This document shows positions 44,793-53,658 of a stretch of 64,000 bases of DNA, piece by piece. Below the pieces are notes generated by a model. That model saw nothing but the letters and a program-made list of their open reading frames with translations, ran no database searches and had not been told where the DNA came from. The DNA lies in contig CAXXWC010000018.1 in NCBI GenBank assembly GCA_963668645.2, forward strand, positions 32,001-96,000, read 5' to 3'. The stretch is from Desulfobacterales bacterium (GTDB lineage: Bacteria > Desulfobacterota > Desulfobacteria > Desulfobacterales > UBA2174). Made by a program: the position numbers and the translations under genes. Each line of letters begins with the position of its first letter. The first letter of the stretch is position 1.

Positions 44793-46772
44793 ATGCCAGA
44801 AGCCTCAGCCAAGGACAAGAAGGCCGCCAAGCAGCCGAATATCAAGGACTTTACCATTTGTGACGCCACCGCTCAGATGCTTGAAAAAGCGCGCCGAGAT
44901 GGCGTTGAAACCGCCTTCGACCGGGCCGCGAACATGAAAGCCTGCCCCATCGGGGCCGATTCGGCCTGCTGCAAGCACTGCGCCATGGGGCCGTGTCGTC
45001 TCAACAGCAAGGATCCCTACGGGAAAGTGGGGGTTTGCGGGGCCACCATCGACACCATCATGGCACGCAACTTCGCCCGTATGGTCGCTTCGGGGGCCGC
45101 GGCCCACACCGACCACGGGATGTCGATGCTCGATCTGTTTCGCGAGGTGGTGCACGGCAAGATCAAAGAGTACCGCATCAAGGATGTTCACAAGCTTGAG
45201 CAGGTGGCCCAGGAGATCGGGATCGAAACCGAGGGGCGCAGTGTGGAGCAGATCGCCGACGATCTTTACAAGGAGCTGGAACGAACCTACACCCAGGTCG
45301 AGGGGGAAATTCCTTTTGCCAAACGGGTGCCGGCCAAGACCCTGGAAACATGGCGCAAGCTGGGGGTGGTGCCCCGTGGCGCCATGCGCGAGATCATGGA
45401 ATTGATGCATCGCACCCATATGGGTGTGGATCAGCATTACGAGAACATTTTGCGCCAGTGCAGCCGCACCGCCCTTTCCGACGGGTGGGGCGGTTCCATG
45501 GTGGCCACCGAGATCTCGGACATCCTTTTCGGCACACCGACTCCGGTTGCGGTCGACGTGAACATGGGGGTGCTCAAGGAGGACCAGGTCAACATCATCG
45601 TGCACGGGCACGAACCGAACCTGTTCGAATCGATGCTCGTATCGGTCAACGAACCGACCCTGGTCGAGGCGGCCCGGGCCGCCGGGGCCAAGGGGATCAA
45701 TCTGGTGGGGATGTGCTGTTCGGGGGCAGAGATGATGTCGCGCCATGGCGTGCCCCACGCGGGCAACTTCATGTCCACCGAGGCCGTCCTGGTCACCGGG
45801 GCGGTGGACACGATGTGCGTGGATGTGCAGTGCATCAAGCAGGGGCTGGCCAAGGTGGCCGAGTGTTACAATACCCCGTTGATCACCACCAACCCCCGCT
45901 GCCACATCGAGGGGGCCGAGCACGTGGAGTTTCACGAGCACGACCCGCAGTCGACCACCGACGAGATCGTGCTCAAGGCCATCGGTCGCTTCAAGAACCG
46001 CCGGATGCCGGTGGAGATCCCACACATCACCAACACCGGCATCCATGGCTTTTCCCACGAGTATATCAACTACATGCTGGGCGGGACCTTCCGCGGCAGC
46101 TACACCCCGCTCAACGATAACATCATCAACGGCCGTATCCGGGGCGTGGCCGGGGTGGTGGGTTGCACCAACCCCCGGGTCAAGCAGGACTGGGTCCATG
46201 TGGAACTGGTCAAGGAGCTGATCAAGAACGATGTCCTCGTTTTGCAGACCGGGTGCAGCCAGATTTCCCTGGCCAAGGCCGGACTGCTGACCCCCGAGGC
46301 GGCGCATCTGGCCGGATCGGGTCTCAAGGAAGTCTGCGAGGCGGTGGGCATGCCGCCGGTACTGGGTATGGGATCATGCGTGGACAACAGCAGGATCCTG
46401 ATCGCGGCCGCCGAGATGGTGCGGGTGGGCGGATTGGGCGATAGCATCGCCGATCTGCCGGCGGCCGGTGCAGCTCCAGAATGGATGAGTGAAAAGGCCA
46501 TCTCCATCGGCCACTATTTTGTGGCTTCGGGGGTCTACACCGTCTTTGGTGTGACCTTTCCCATCGTCGAGGAGACCAAGTTTCACCGGCTGCTTTTCGA
46601 TGGGATTGAGGCCCAGGGCATGGGCAAGTGGGGCTTTAGCGCCGATCCGTACGAGATGGCGCGCCTGATGATCGCCCACATCGACAAGAAGCGCAAGGCC
46701 CTAGGCATCGACAAGTCCCGCGAGCGGGTGTTGGTGGACATGGCCGACCGCAGGGCGATGGAAGCGGCCTGA
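44793..46772 (+). CDS. cooS: Anaerobic Ni-Fe carbon monoxide dehydrogenase catalytic subunit
   Basis: CPIG..ACCKHCAMGPC; GVCGA; AAHTDH; HGHEP; GMCCSG; VDVQC; VVGC; GSCVDNSR; PEWMSEKA. Confidence 0.96.
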   Translation: MPEASAKDKKAAKQPNIKDFTICDATAQMLEKARRDGVETAFDRAANMKACPIGADSACCKHCAMGPCRLNSKDPYGKVGVCGATIDTIMARNFARMVASGAAAHTDHGMSMLDLFREVVHGKIKEYRIKDVHKLEQVAQEIGIETEGRSVEQIADDLYKELERTYTQVEGEIPFAKRVPAKTLETWRKLGVVPRGAMREIMELMHRTHMGVDQHYENILRQCSRTALSDGWGGSMVATEISDILFGTPTPVAVDVNMGVLKEDQVNIIVHGHEPNLFESMLVSVNEPTLVEAARAAGAKGINLVGMCCSGAEMMSRHGVPHAGNFMSTEAVLVTGAVDTMCVDVQCIKQGLAKVAECYNTPLITTNPRCHIEGAEHVEFHEHDPQSTTDEIVLKAIGRFKNRRMPVEIPHITNTGIHGFSHEYINYMLGGTFRGSYTPLNDNIINGRIRGVAGVVGCTNPRVKQDWVHVELVKELIKNDVLVLQTGCSQISLAKAGLLTPEAAHLAGSGLKEVCEAVGMPPVLGMGSCVDNSRILIAAAEMVRVGGLGDSIADLPAAGAAPEWMSEKAISIGHYFVASGVYTVFGVTFPIVEETKFHRLLFDGIEAQGMGKWGFSADPYEMARLMIAHIDKKRKALGIDKSRERVLVDMADRRAMEAA

Positions 46773-46808
46773 TCCACCTTTTCTTTAAGGCGGTTTGCAC
46801 CGATTGGC

Positions 46809-46837
46809 GGGGGCACCGGAAACGGTGCCCCCTTTTT
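46809..46837 (+). terminator. Rho-independent terminator after cooS
   Basis: GGGGGCACCG-GAAA-CGGTGCCCCC-TTTTT. Confidence 0.9.
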
Positions 46838-46890
46838 GTCTGGCTGCCGGCAGGTGGGCCTTTTCGGTGAGCGAAGGCAAAAAGATGAGG

Positions 46891-48270
46891 TCAACGGTTC
46901 GAAAGTTCGGGGAAATTTTCCAGAAAGCGGTATAGGGTCGCTCGGCCTACGCCGAGGACCCGGGCCGCGCGGGCCTTGTTGCCGCCGGTTTCCTTCAACG
47001 CACTGCGCACGCTGTGGGCGTCCAGCTTGCGGCCCGGTCCTCTTGAAAAAAAGTCCGGAGCACCGGCCCTGCCCGCCGGCCCAAGGGGACGATCCGGCCG
47101 CCTGCGGTCTGTCAGCTCCAGGGGCAGATCCGCCGGGGTGATGATGCGCCCGCCGCTTTTGACGATGGCGAACTGAATGGCGTTTTGCAGCTCGCGAACG
47201 TTGCCGGGCCAATCGTAGTCCATTAAAACGGACAGGGTTTCGGCCGACACCCGGGCCAGTTTTTTGCCATACTGTTCGCTGGCCTCGTTCAAAAAATGGT
47301 TGACCAGCAGCGGGATGTCGTTGCGCCGTTCCCGCAGCGGGGGCAGGCGGATGGGAATCACATTGAGCCGGTAGTAAAGGTCTTCGCGAAAGGCGCCCGT
47401 TTCCACCTCTTTTTTCAGCTCCTTGTTGGTGGCGCTGATGATCTTGACCGACACGGCAGTTTCTTTTTCCCCTCCGACCCGCACGAAACGGCCCTCCTGA
47501 AGGAAACGCAGCAGTTTGACTTGCATGGAGCGGGAAAGTTCGGCGACTTCGTCGAGAAAAAGGCTGCCGCCGTTGGCCAGCTCGAAGCGTCCCTTCTTGT
47601 CGCGGATGGCCCCGGAAAAGGCACCCTTGACATGCCCGAAGAGTTCACTTTCGATCAAGGTCTCGGGAAGGGCGCCGCAGTTGACCGGCACGAAAGGGGC
47701 GCCGGCACGATGGCTTTCATGATGAATCGCCGTTGCGACCAGCTCCTTGCCGGTACCGGTCTCCCCGCAGATGTGAACCGGGTAGTCGTAGGCCGCCACT
47801 TCGCTGATCTGCTGAAAGACCTGGAGCATCTTGATGTCCTGGCCGACGATGTTGCCGAAACTGGTCAGTTTGCGCGCCTGAATCTGGAGGGCCAAAAGAT
47901 CGGTGACATCCCGAAAGCAGGCCAGTATCCCGATGGGCCTGTCATCGTCGCCGGTCATCAGGGTTACACTCATCTCGATGCGGCGGGCTTCTCCGGTGCT
48001 TCTAAAAATGTTGGTGGCATATTCGCAGTTGGGGGTCGGTCTCGACCGGGGCTCGCAAAACGAACACTTGTCGCCGCAAAAAGGGGTGCCGAAAGCCTGG
48101 TGGCAGTCCCGCCCGAGGACGTCGCTACGATTGTATCCGGTGATCCGCTCGGCCTCCGTGTTGAAAAAGAAGATCCGCCGCTGCATGTCGTGGGCGATGA
48201 TGCCTTCTTTGAGATTGTCCAGAATGCGTTCCAGGTTGGCCTGATTGGCGGTGATGTGAGCGATGGACAC
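46891..48270 (-). CDS. PAS-domain sigma-54 activator with a C-x8-C-x3-C motif (OrpR-like)
   Basis: CHQAFGTPFCGDKC in the PAS; GETGTGKE; GAFSGA; WPGNVREL; Fis HTH; GAGGA RBS before GTG. Confidence 0.92.
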   Translation of the reverse strand: MSIAHITANQANLERILDNLKEGIIAHDMQRRIFFFNTEAERITGYNRSDVLGRDCHQAFGTPFCGDKCSFCEPRSRPTPNCEYATNIFRSTGEARRIEMSVTLMTGDDDRPIGILACFRDVTDLLALQIQARKLTSFGNIVGQDIKMLQVFQQISEVAAYDYPVHICGETGTGKELVATAIHHESHRAGAPFVPVNCGALPETLIESELFGHVKGAFSGAIRDKKGRFELANGGSLFLDEVAELSRSMQVKLLRFLQEGRFVRVGGEKETAVSVKIISATNKELKKEVETGAFREDLYYRLNVIPIRLPPLRERRNDIPLLVNHFLNEASEQYGKKLARVSAETLSVLMDYDWPGNVRELQNAIQFAIVKSGGRIITPADLPLELTDRRRPDRPLGPAGRAGAPDFFSRGPGRKLDAHSVRSALKETGGNKARAARVLGVGRATLYRFLENFPELSNR

Positions 48271-48483
48271 GACAGCAATCCTCTTGAAGAGTGGCGGATG
48301 GCGCCGCAAGCGGCCAACGGTCAGCCTACCCAAAGGGCGGCTAAAAGTCAATCGGCGCGGGGCGCCTTGACAGCTGCAATTTCGCGCGGTTATAGTCACT
48401 TTTCAGGTAATGATGCAGCGCGGCGTGAATTGGGCGCCGCGTTGTTTTTGCTTTTGAGCCGCAGATGAATGCGAGGTGCCGAT

Positions 48484-49077
48484 ATGCGACGGATTTTCTT
48501 ATTGTTCATGGTGGCCATGATCTGGATCGGCGGGGGCAACGCCGCGGCCGATGATACGGCCAGGGCCGAAGCTCAGCTCAAGGAACGGGTCGATCAGGCG
48601 ATGGAGATTTTAAGGCGCTCGGATCTCGAGTTGAGCGTCAAGAAGGAAAAGATCGTATCCATCGTCGAGCCGCTTTTCGATTTTCCCCTGATGGCCAAGC
48701 TCGTACTCGGACGCAAGCATTGGTCAAGGCTCAATGCTCAGGAACAGGAGCGTTTCGAGACTCTGTTCGTCAAGCGGCTCAAGTCGTCCTACATCGACAA
48801 GATCGATCAATACAGCGATGAGACCCTCGAGTGGCGCCCCCCAGTGCCGGATGGTAACGACCGGGTGCAGGTGCCGTCCGCACTGGTCCAGCAGCAAAAA
48901 GAGATCATCATCCTCTACAAGCTCTACCGCAGTGCAGCCGGAGGATGGCGGATCTACGATGTCGAAGTGCAAGGGATCAGCATCGTCGCCACCTTCCGGT
49001 CCCAGTTCGACCAGATCTTGAGCACCGGTACGGTGGACGATCTGTTCCGCGAACTTGAAAAATCGGGTAACGCCTGA
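48484..49077 (+). CDS. MlaC/Ttg2D (HpnM-like) periplasmic lipid-binding protein
   Basis: Signal peptide; FDFPLMAKLVLGRKHW; WRIYDVEVQGISIVATFRSQF. Confidence 0.9.
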   Translation: MRRIFLLFMVAMIWIGGGNAAADDTARAEAQLKERVDQAMEILRRSDLELSVKKEKIVSIVEPLFDFPLMAKLVLGRKHWSRLNAQEQERFETLFVKRLKSSYIDKIDQYSDETLEWRPPVPDGNDRVQVPSALVQQQKEIIILYKLYRSAAGGWRIYDVEVQGISIVATFRSQFDQILSTGTVDDLFRELEKSGNA

Positions 49078-49126
49078 CCGCTGTGGGCCAAAGGCCCCAT
49101 GTCCTTTCTACTTCGAGGTTCCTGTG

Positions 49127-51673
49127 ATGTCTGATCATGCGCCGTTATGGGTGCACTGCTTTGACCGGATCGTTCTGGCCCGGCCCTGCTTGACCGCTCT
49201 GGTGCTCGTGGCTCTTTTTGCCGTCCTCGGGTACCATGCCCGCGAGTTTCGGCTGGATGCGTCTTCCGAAACCCTGATGCTGGAGCACGATGCCGATTTG
49301 GCCTATGCGCGTCAGATCGATGCCCGCTACGGCAGCTCCGATTTTCTGATCGTGGCCTATACACCCCACCAGGATCTTTTCGCCGCCCAGAGCCTACAGC
49401 GGCTCAAGGCCCTGAAGGCGGATCTGGCGCGTGTCGAGCGCGTATCGTCGGTGATGACGATTCTCGATGTCCCCCTTCTGGAAAGTCCACCGGTGCCGAT
49501 CAAGGAGTTGGCCAACGGCCTGCGCACCCTGCTGGATGCGCGCACCGACAAATCCCTGGCCCGGGTCGAATTTCAGCAAAGCCCCCTTTACCGCGACCTG
49601 CTGGTGAGCAGTGATCTGCACACCACCGCGCTGGTGGTCCAGTTCCCTCCAGACAGCCGCTGGAGCGAGCTGCGAAACCGGCGCGACGCCCTGCGTGAAA
49701 AGGCGGACCGCCAGGGGCTGGCTCCGGACGAGGCGCGTGCCTTGCAGGAGGTCTCGGCCGCCTTTCGGGACTACCGCGACCAAGCGCGCCGCCAGTGGCA
49801 TGCCACCATCGAGAAAGTGCGCCGGATCCTGGATGGTTACCGGGGTGAGGCGGACGTTTTTCTCGGCGGGGTGGACATGATCGCCGACGACATGCTCAGT
49901 TTCATCCGCAGCGATCTGAAAGTTTTCGGGCTGGGGGTTTTCCTTTTTCTGGTGGGGGTCCTGTGGATTCTTTTCCGTTCGCTGCGCTGGGTTGTCCTGC
50001 CGATCCTGTGTTGCACCTTTTCGGTATTGGTCATGGTGGGGATCCTGGGTCTTTGCGGTTGGGAAGTGACGGTGATTTCGTCAAATTTTGTCTCACTGCA
50101 GCTGATCATCACCATGGCGATCACGATTCATTTGATCGTGCGTTACCGGGAATTGGCCGCCCGCAATCCGGACGCCACCCAGCGCGATCTGGTGCGCGAA
50201 ACCGTTCGTTTGATGTTCAAGCCTTGTGTCTATGCCGCCCTGACCACCATCGCCGGTTTCGCTTCTCTGGTCTTTTCCGACATCAAACCGGTGATCACCT
50301 TCGGTTGGATGATGATCGTCGGGATCGCGGTTTCCATGGTGGTCACTTTCATGCTTTTTCCTGCGGTGTTGATGCTCTTGCCCTTGAAGAGCGGTTCGAC
50401 CGGCCCAGAGAAAAAACATGCTCTGGCCGTTGTACTGGAGCATTTTACCGAGCACCACGGCACCCTGATCCTGGTGGTCAGCATGGCCGCCCTGGCCTTC
50501 GGCGCCTGGGGTATCACCCGATTGAAGGTGGAAAACGCGTTCATCGATTATTTCAAGAAATCGACCGAGATTTACCAGGGGATGCACGTCATCGACCAGA
50601 AGCTGGGCGGCACCACGCCCTTGGACGTGGTGATCGAACTCGATGCGCCGGCGCGATCAGCGAGTCGCGGCGTCTCAAACCCCGATGCCCCCGGGGTTCA
50701 GGCCCCGGACGACGTTTTTGCCGGATTCGAGGAGTTCGACAAGGTGGACGACAGTGCCAAGTACTGGTTTGCTAAGGATAAAATGGCCCGGGTCATGGCG
50801 ATCCACGACTACCTGGACCGCCTGCCGCAAACAGGCAAGGTGCTCTCATTGGCCACGGGCCTCAAGATCGCCGAACAGCTCAACGGCGGCCAGGCGCTGG
50901 ACAATTTCGCCCTGGCCCTGCTCTTCAGCGAGTCGCCACCCGAGCTCAGGCGCATTTTGATCGATCCCTATGTTTCGGTGGAGCACGATCAGGTCCGCTT
51001 TTCGGCGCGCATCATCGATTCCCAGCCCGGTTTACGGCGCAACGAACTGCTCGAAAAGATCCGCGCGGAGCTGATCGAACGGTTCAATCTTCCTGCTAAC
51101 CGGGTGCATCTGACCGGCATGATGGTCCTGTACAACAACATGCTCCAGAGCCTCTTCCGGTCCCAGGTGTTGACCCTGGGGGCCACGGTGATGGCTTTGA
51201 TGGTGATGTTCTGGATCCTGTTCAGATCCTTGCGACTGGCGATGCTGGCCATCTTCCCCAACCTGTTGAGCATCGCCGTGGTGCTCGGTTTTATGGGCTG
51301 GGCCAAGATTCCGCTGGACATGATGACCATTACCATCGCGGCCATCAGCGTGGGGATCGCAGTGGACGACACGATCCATTACATCCACCGCTTTCGCCAG
51401 GAATTCAACCAGGACGGCACCTACGTCGGTACCATGCGGCGTTGCCATGGCAGTGTGGGCCATGCCATGTACTACACTTCGATAACGGTGATCATCGGCT
51501 TTTCGATTCTGGTGTTTTCCAATTTTATTCCCACCATTTATTTTGGCTTGTTGACCAGCCTGGCCATGGGCATCGCGCTTTTGGCGGCCTTGACCCTGCT
51601 GCCGGCGCTGATCGTACGCATCCGTCCCTTCGGGCCCGAGGCACTGTCTCATGCGGCGTCCCCGGCCGATTGA
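49127..51673 (+). CDS. MMPL-family (HpnN-like) RND lipid transporter
   Basis: Two TM repeats; ALTTIAGFASL; LGGTTPLDV; GIAVDDTIHY. Confidence 0.9.
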   Translation: MSDHAPLWVHCFDRIVLARPCLTALVLVALFAVLGYHAREFRLDASSETLMLEHDADLAYARQIDARYGSSDFLIVAYTPHQDLFAAQSLQRLKALKADLARVERVSSVMTILDVPLLESPPVPIKELANGLRTLLDARTDKSLARVEFQQSPLYRDLLVSSDLHTTALVVQFPPDSRWSELRNRRDALREKADRQGLAPDEARALQEVSAAFRDYRDQARRQWHATIEKVRRILDGYRGEADVFLGGVDMIADDMLSFIRSDLKVFGLGVFLFLVGVLWILFRSLRWVVLPILCCTFSVLVMVGILGLCGWEVTVISSNFVSLQLIITMAITIHLIVRYRELAARNPDATQRDLVRETVRLMFKPCVYAALTTIAGFASLVFSDIKPVITFGWMMIVGIAVSMVVTFMLFPAVLMLLPLKSGSTGPEKKHALAVVLEHFTEHHGTLILVVSMAALAFGAWGITRLKVENAFIDYFKKSTEIYQGMHVIDQKLGGTTPLDVVIELDAPARSASRGVSNPDAPGVQAPDDVFAGFEEFDKVDDSAKYWFAKDKMARVMAIHDYLDRLPQTGKVLSLATGLKIAEQLNGGQALDNFALALLFSESPPELRRILIDPYVSVEHDQVRFSARIIDSQPGLRRNELLEKIRAELIERFNLPANRVHLTGMMVLYNNMLQSLFRSQVLTLGATVMALMVMFWILFRSLRLAMLAIFPNLLSIAVVLGFMGWAKIPLDMMTITIAAISVGIAVDDTIHYIHRFRQEFNQDGTYVGTMRRCHGSVGHAMYYTSITVIIGFSILVFSNFIPTIYFGLLTSLAMGIALLAALTLLPALIVRIRPFGPEALSHAASPAD

Positions 51674-51707
51674 CCAGAGGTGATGGAAGGCGAGAAGGGA
51701 GGACTCA

Positions 51708-52454
51708 ATGCAACCGATGATTACAGTATGGCCCCTTTTGCGGTGGGGCCTGTTGGCCCTCATGATCTGCCTTTTCGGGGCGGTGTCCGCGGCGGCCCAG
51801 AGCACCGATCCTTTCACCGCGCTGGACAGCCAGTTCGAAAGTCAGCGTCTGGAGATTGCCGATCCGCTGCACTCCTGGAACCGGCTGATGTTCCGGTTCA
51901 ACGACCGGCTCTATTTCTGGTTCCTCAAGCCCGTGGCCGAAGTCTACAAAGATGTGGTTCCTGAACCGCCGCGAATCGGTATCCGGAATTTTTTTACAAA
52001 CCTTGCGGCACCGGTAAGATTCGTCTCCTGCCTGCTGCAAGGCAAGCTCAAGCGGGCCGAGGCCGAGTTTGGCGCGTTTTTGGTCAATTCCACGATAGGC
52101 GTCCTTGGCTTCGGCAATCCAGCGGCCGGCGAGGCGCGCCTGAGGGTTCCCAAAGAAGACCTGGGCCAGACCTTCGGCGTATGGGGATTGGGCCACGGCT
52201 GCTACATCGTGTGGCCCGTGCTCGGACCTTCCTCGCTGCGCGACAGTCTGGGGATTGTCGGCGGCCACTTTCTCGAACCGCTGACCTATGTCGACCCGTC
52301 CGAGGTCGCCTTTGCGGCCAGCGGGTTCGAGGCCATCAACACCACTTCACTGCACATCGGCGAGTACGAAGCGCTTAAGAAGGACGCCGTCGCACCCTAC
52401 GAAGCGATGCGCGATGCCTATGTGCAGTTCCGGCAGCGCCAGGTCGACCGGTAA
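51708..52454 (+). CDS. MlaA/VacJ-family outer membrane protein
   Basis: DPLHSWNRLMFRFND; NFFTNL; NSTIGVLG; EDLGQTFG; PVLGPSSLRD; YEAMRDAY. Confidence 0.92.
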   Translation: MQPMITVWPLLRWGLLALMICLFGAVSAAAQSTDPFTALDSQFESQRLEIADPLHSWNRLMFRFNDRLYFWFLKPVAEVYKDVVPEPPRIGIRNFFTNLAAPVRFVSCLLQGKLKRAEAEFGAFLVNSTIGVLGFGNPAAGEARLRVPKEDLGQTFGVWGLGHGCYIVWPVLGPSSLRDSLGIVGGHFLEPLTYVDPSEVAFAASGFEAINTTSLHIGEYEALKKDAVAPYEAMRDAYVQFRQRQVDR

Positions 52455-52489
52455 TCCGGGGCGCGGCCTTTTACTTCTCCGGCCTTCTG

Positions 52490-53401
52490 CTACGAGAGGG
52501 GTTGGGATACCGGAAGCCGGATATTGTTCATCTGCTCCAATGCCAGTGCCAGTGCCTGGGTGCCGCGGCGGCCTCCCCCGTTGGCCTGCACCGCCAGATA
52601 GAGCTGCTCGACCAGGGCCAGCCCCGGAAGGGCCAGGGACATGCGCCGCGCCTCGGACAGGGCGATTGCCATATCCTTGATGAAGTGGGAAACGAAGAAG
52701 CCGGGCTCGAAGTCGCGCCGTAAAATCCGCGGTGCCAGGTTTTCCAGACTCCAGCAGGCCGCCGCGCCGCCGCTGATGCTCGCCAGAACCGTTTCCATGT
52801 CCAGACCGGTGCGATACGCGTAGACCATCGCTTCGCAGACGCCGATCATGTTGCCGGCAATCACGATCTGATTGCACATCTTGGTGTGCTGGCCGGCGCC
52901 CGCCGCGCCCTGGTGCACGATGGTACGGCCCAGGCACTGCAAAAGGGGCCGGACCCGCGCCAGGGCCTCGGGATCGCCGCCCGCCATGATCGAAAGAGTC
53001 GCGTTGCGCGCCCCCACATCACCTCCCGAGACCGGGGCATCGATGGCGTAAAGGCCCCGGGCTTCGGCCCTGCGGGCGATTTCGGCGGCCAGGGTCGGTT
53101 CCGAAGTCGTCATGTCGACCAGCACGGTTCCAGGATCGGCCGCCATTAGCAGGCCTTGGTCGCCCAGGTAGATTTTCCGCACGTCCGCCGGTGTGCCGAC
53201 CATGGTAAAGACCACCCGGGCATCTTCGGCCGCCGCCGCCGGGGTTTCGGCCCGGCGTGCGCCGGCGGCAATCAGGGGGGCGGCTTTTTCCGGACTGCGG
53301 TTGTAGACGGTGAGTCGATGACCGTGCTGGATAAGATGCTGGCACATTGGACGGCCCATGACACCGGTGCCGATCCATCCGATCTGCTCGATTGAAGACA
53401 T
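52490..53401 (-). CDS. NAD(P)-dependent beta-hydroxyacid dehydrogenase (3-hydroxyisobutyrate dehydrogenase/tartronate semialdehyde reductase family)
   Basis: [33 protein letters not shown]. Confidence 0.92.
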   Translation of the reverse strand: MSSIEQIGWIGTGVMGRPMCQHLIQHGHRLTVYNRSPEKAAPLIAAGARRAETPAAAAEDARVVFTMVGTPADVRKIYLGDQGLLMAADPGTVLVDMTTSEPTLAAEIARRAEARGLYAIDAPVSGGDVGARNATLSIMAGGDPEALARVRPLLQCLGRTIVHQGAAGAGQHTKMCNQIVIAGNMIGVCEAMVYAYRTGLDMETVLASISGGAAACWSLENLAPRILRRDFEPGFFVSHFIKDMAIALSEARRMSLALPGLALVEQLYLAVQANGGGRRGTQALALALEQMNNIRLPVSQPLS

Positions 53402-53441
53402 CGTTGATCTCCTTGTGGTGGGGTAGGGGAAAAGCGTATTG

Positions 53442-53617
53442 GTGCCACCTTCCAGGTGCGCATATCAGGATATCCGCACGGCCGCAAGCCGGACACTCCC
53501 TTGCCCTGTCCTTGACAGGCTTTTGAATCCCGCGGACTGACGGGCTTGACAAAATGCGCGATCCGAATATGGTAAGAACGCTGCTTGCGCGGCCTGACGC
53601 AAGGCGGAAGGTGGCAC
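53442..53617. repeat. Perfect 12-bp inverted repeat flanking the divergent promoter region
   Basis: GTGCCACCTTCC (53442-53453) and GGAAGGTGGCAC (53606-53617). Confidence 0.7.
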
Positions 53618-53658
53618 GCAAGCCGGGCGATTACCACATGCAAAAGGGGGAGGATGCG

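Noticed and set aside
37570..53625. TGGCAC hexamers near 37570, 44539 and 53612 as sigma-54 promoters
   Set aside because: None has GC at the required GG-N10-GC spacing.
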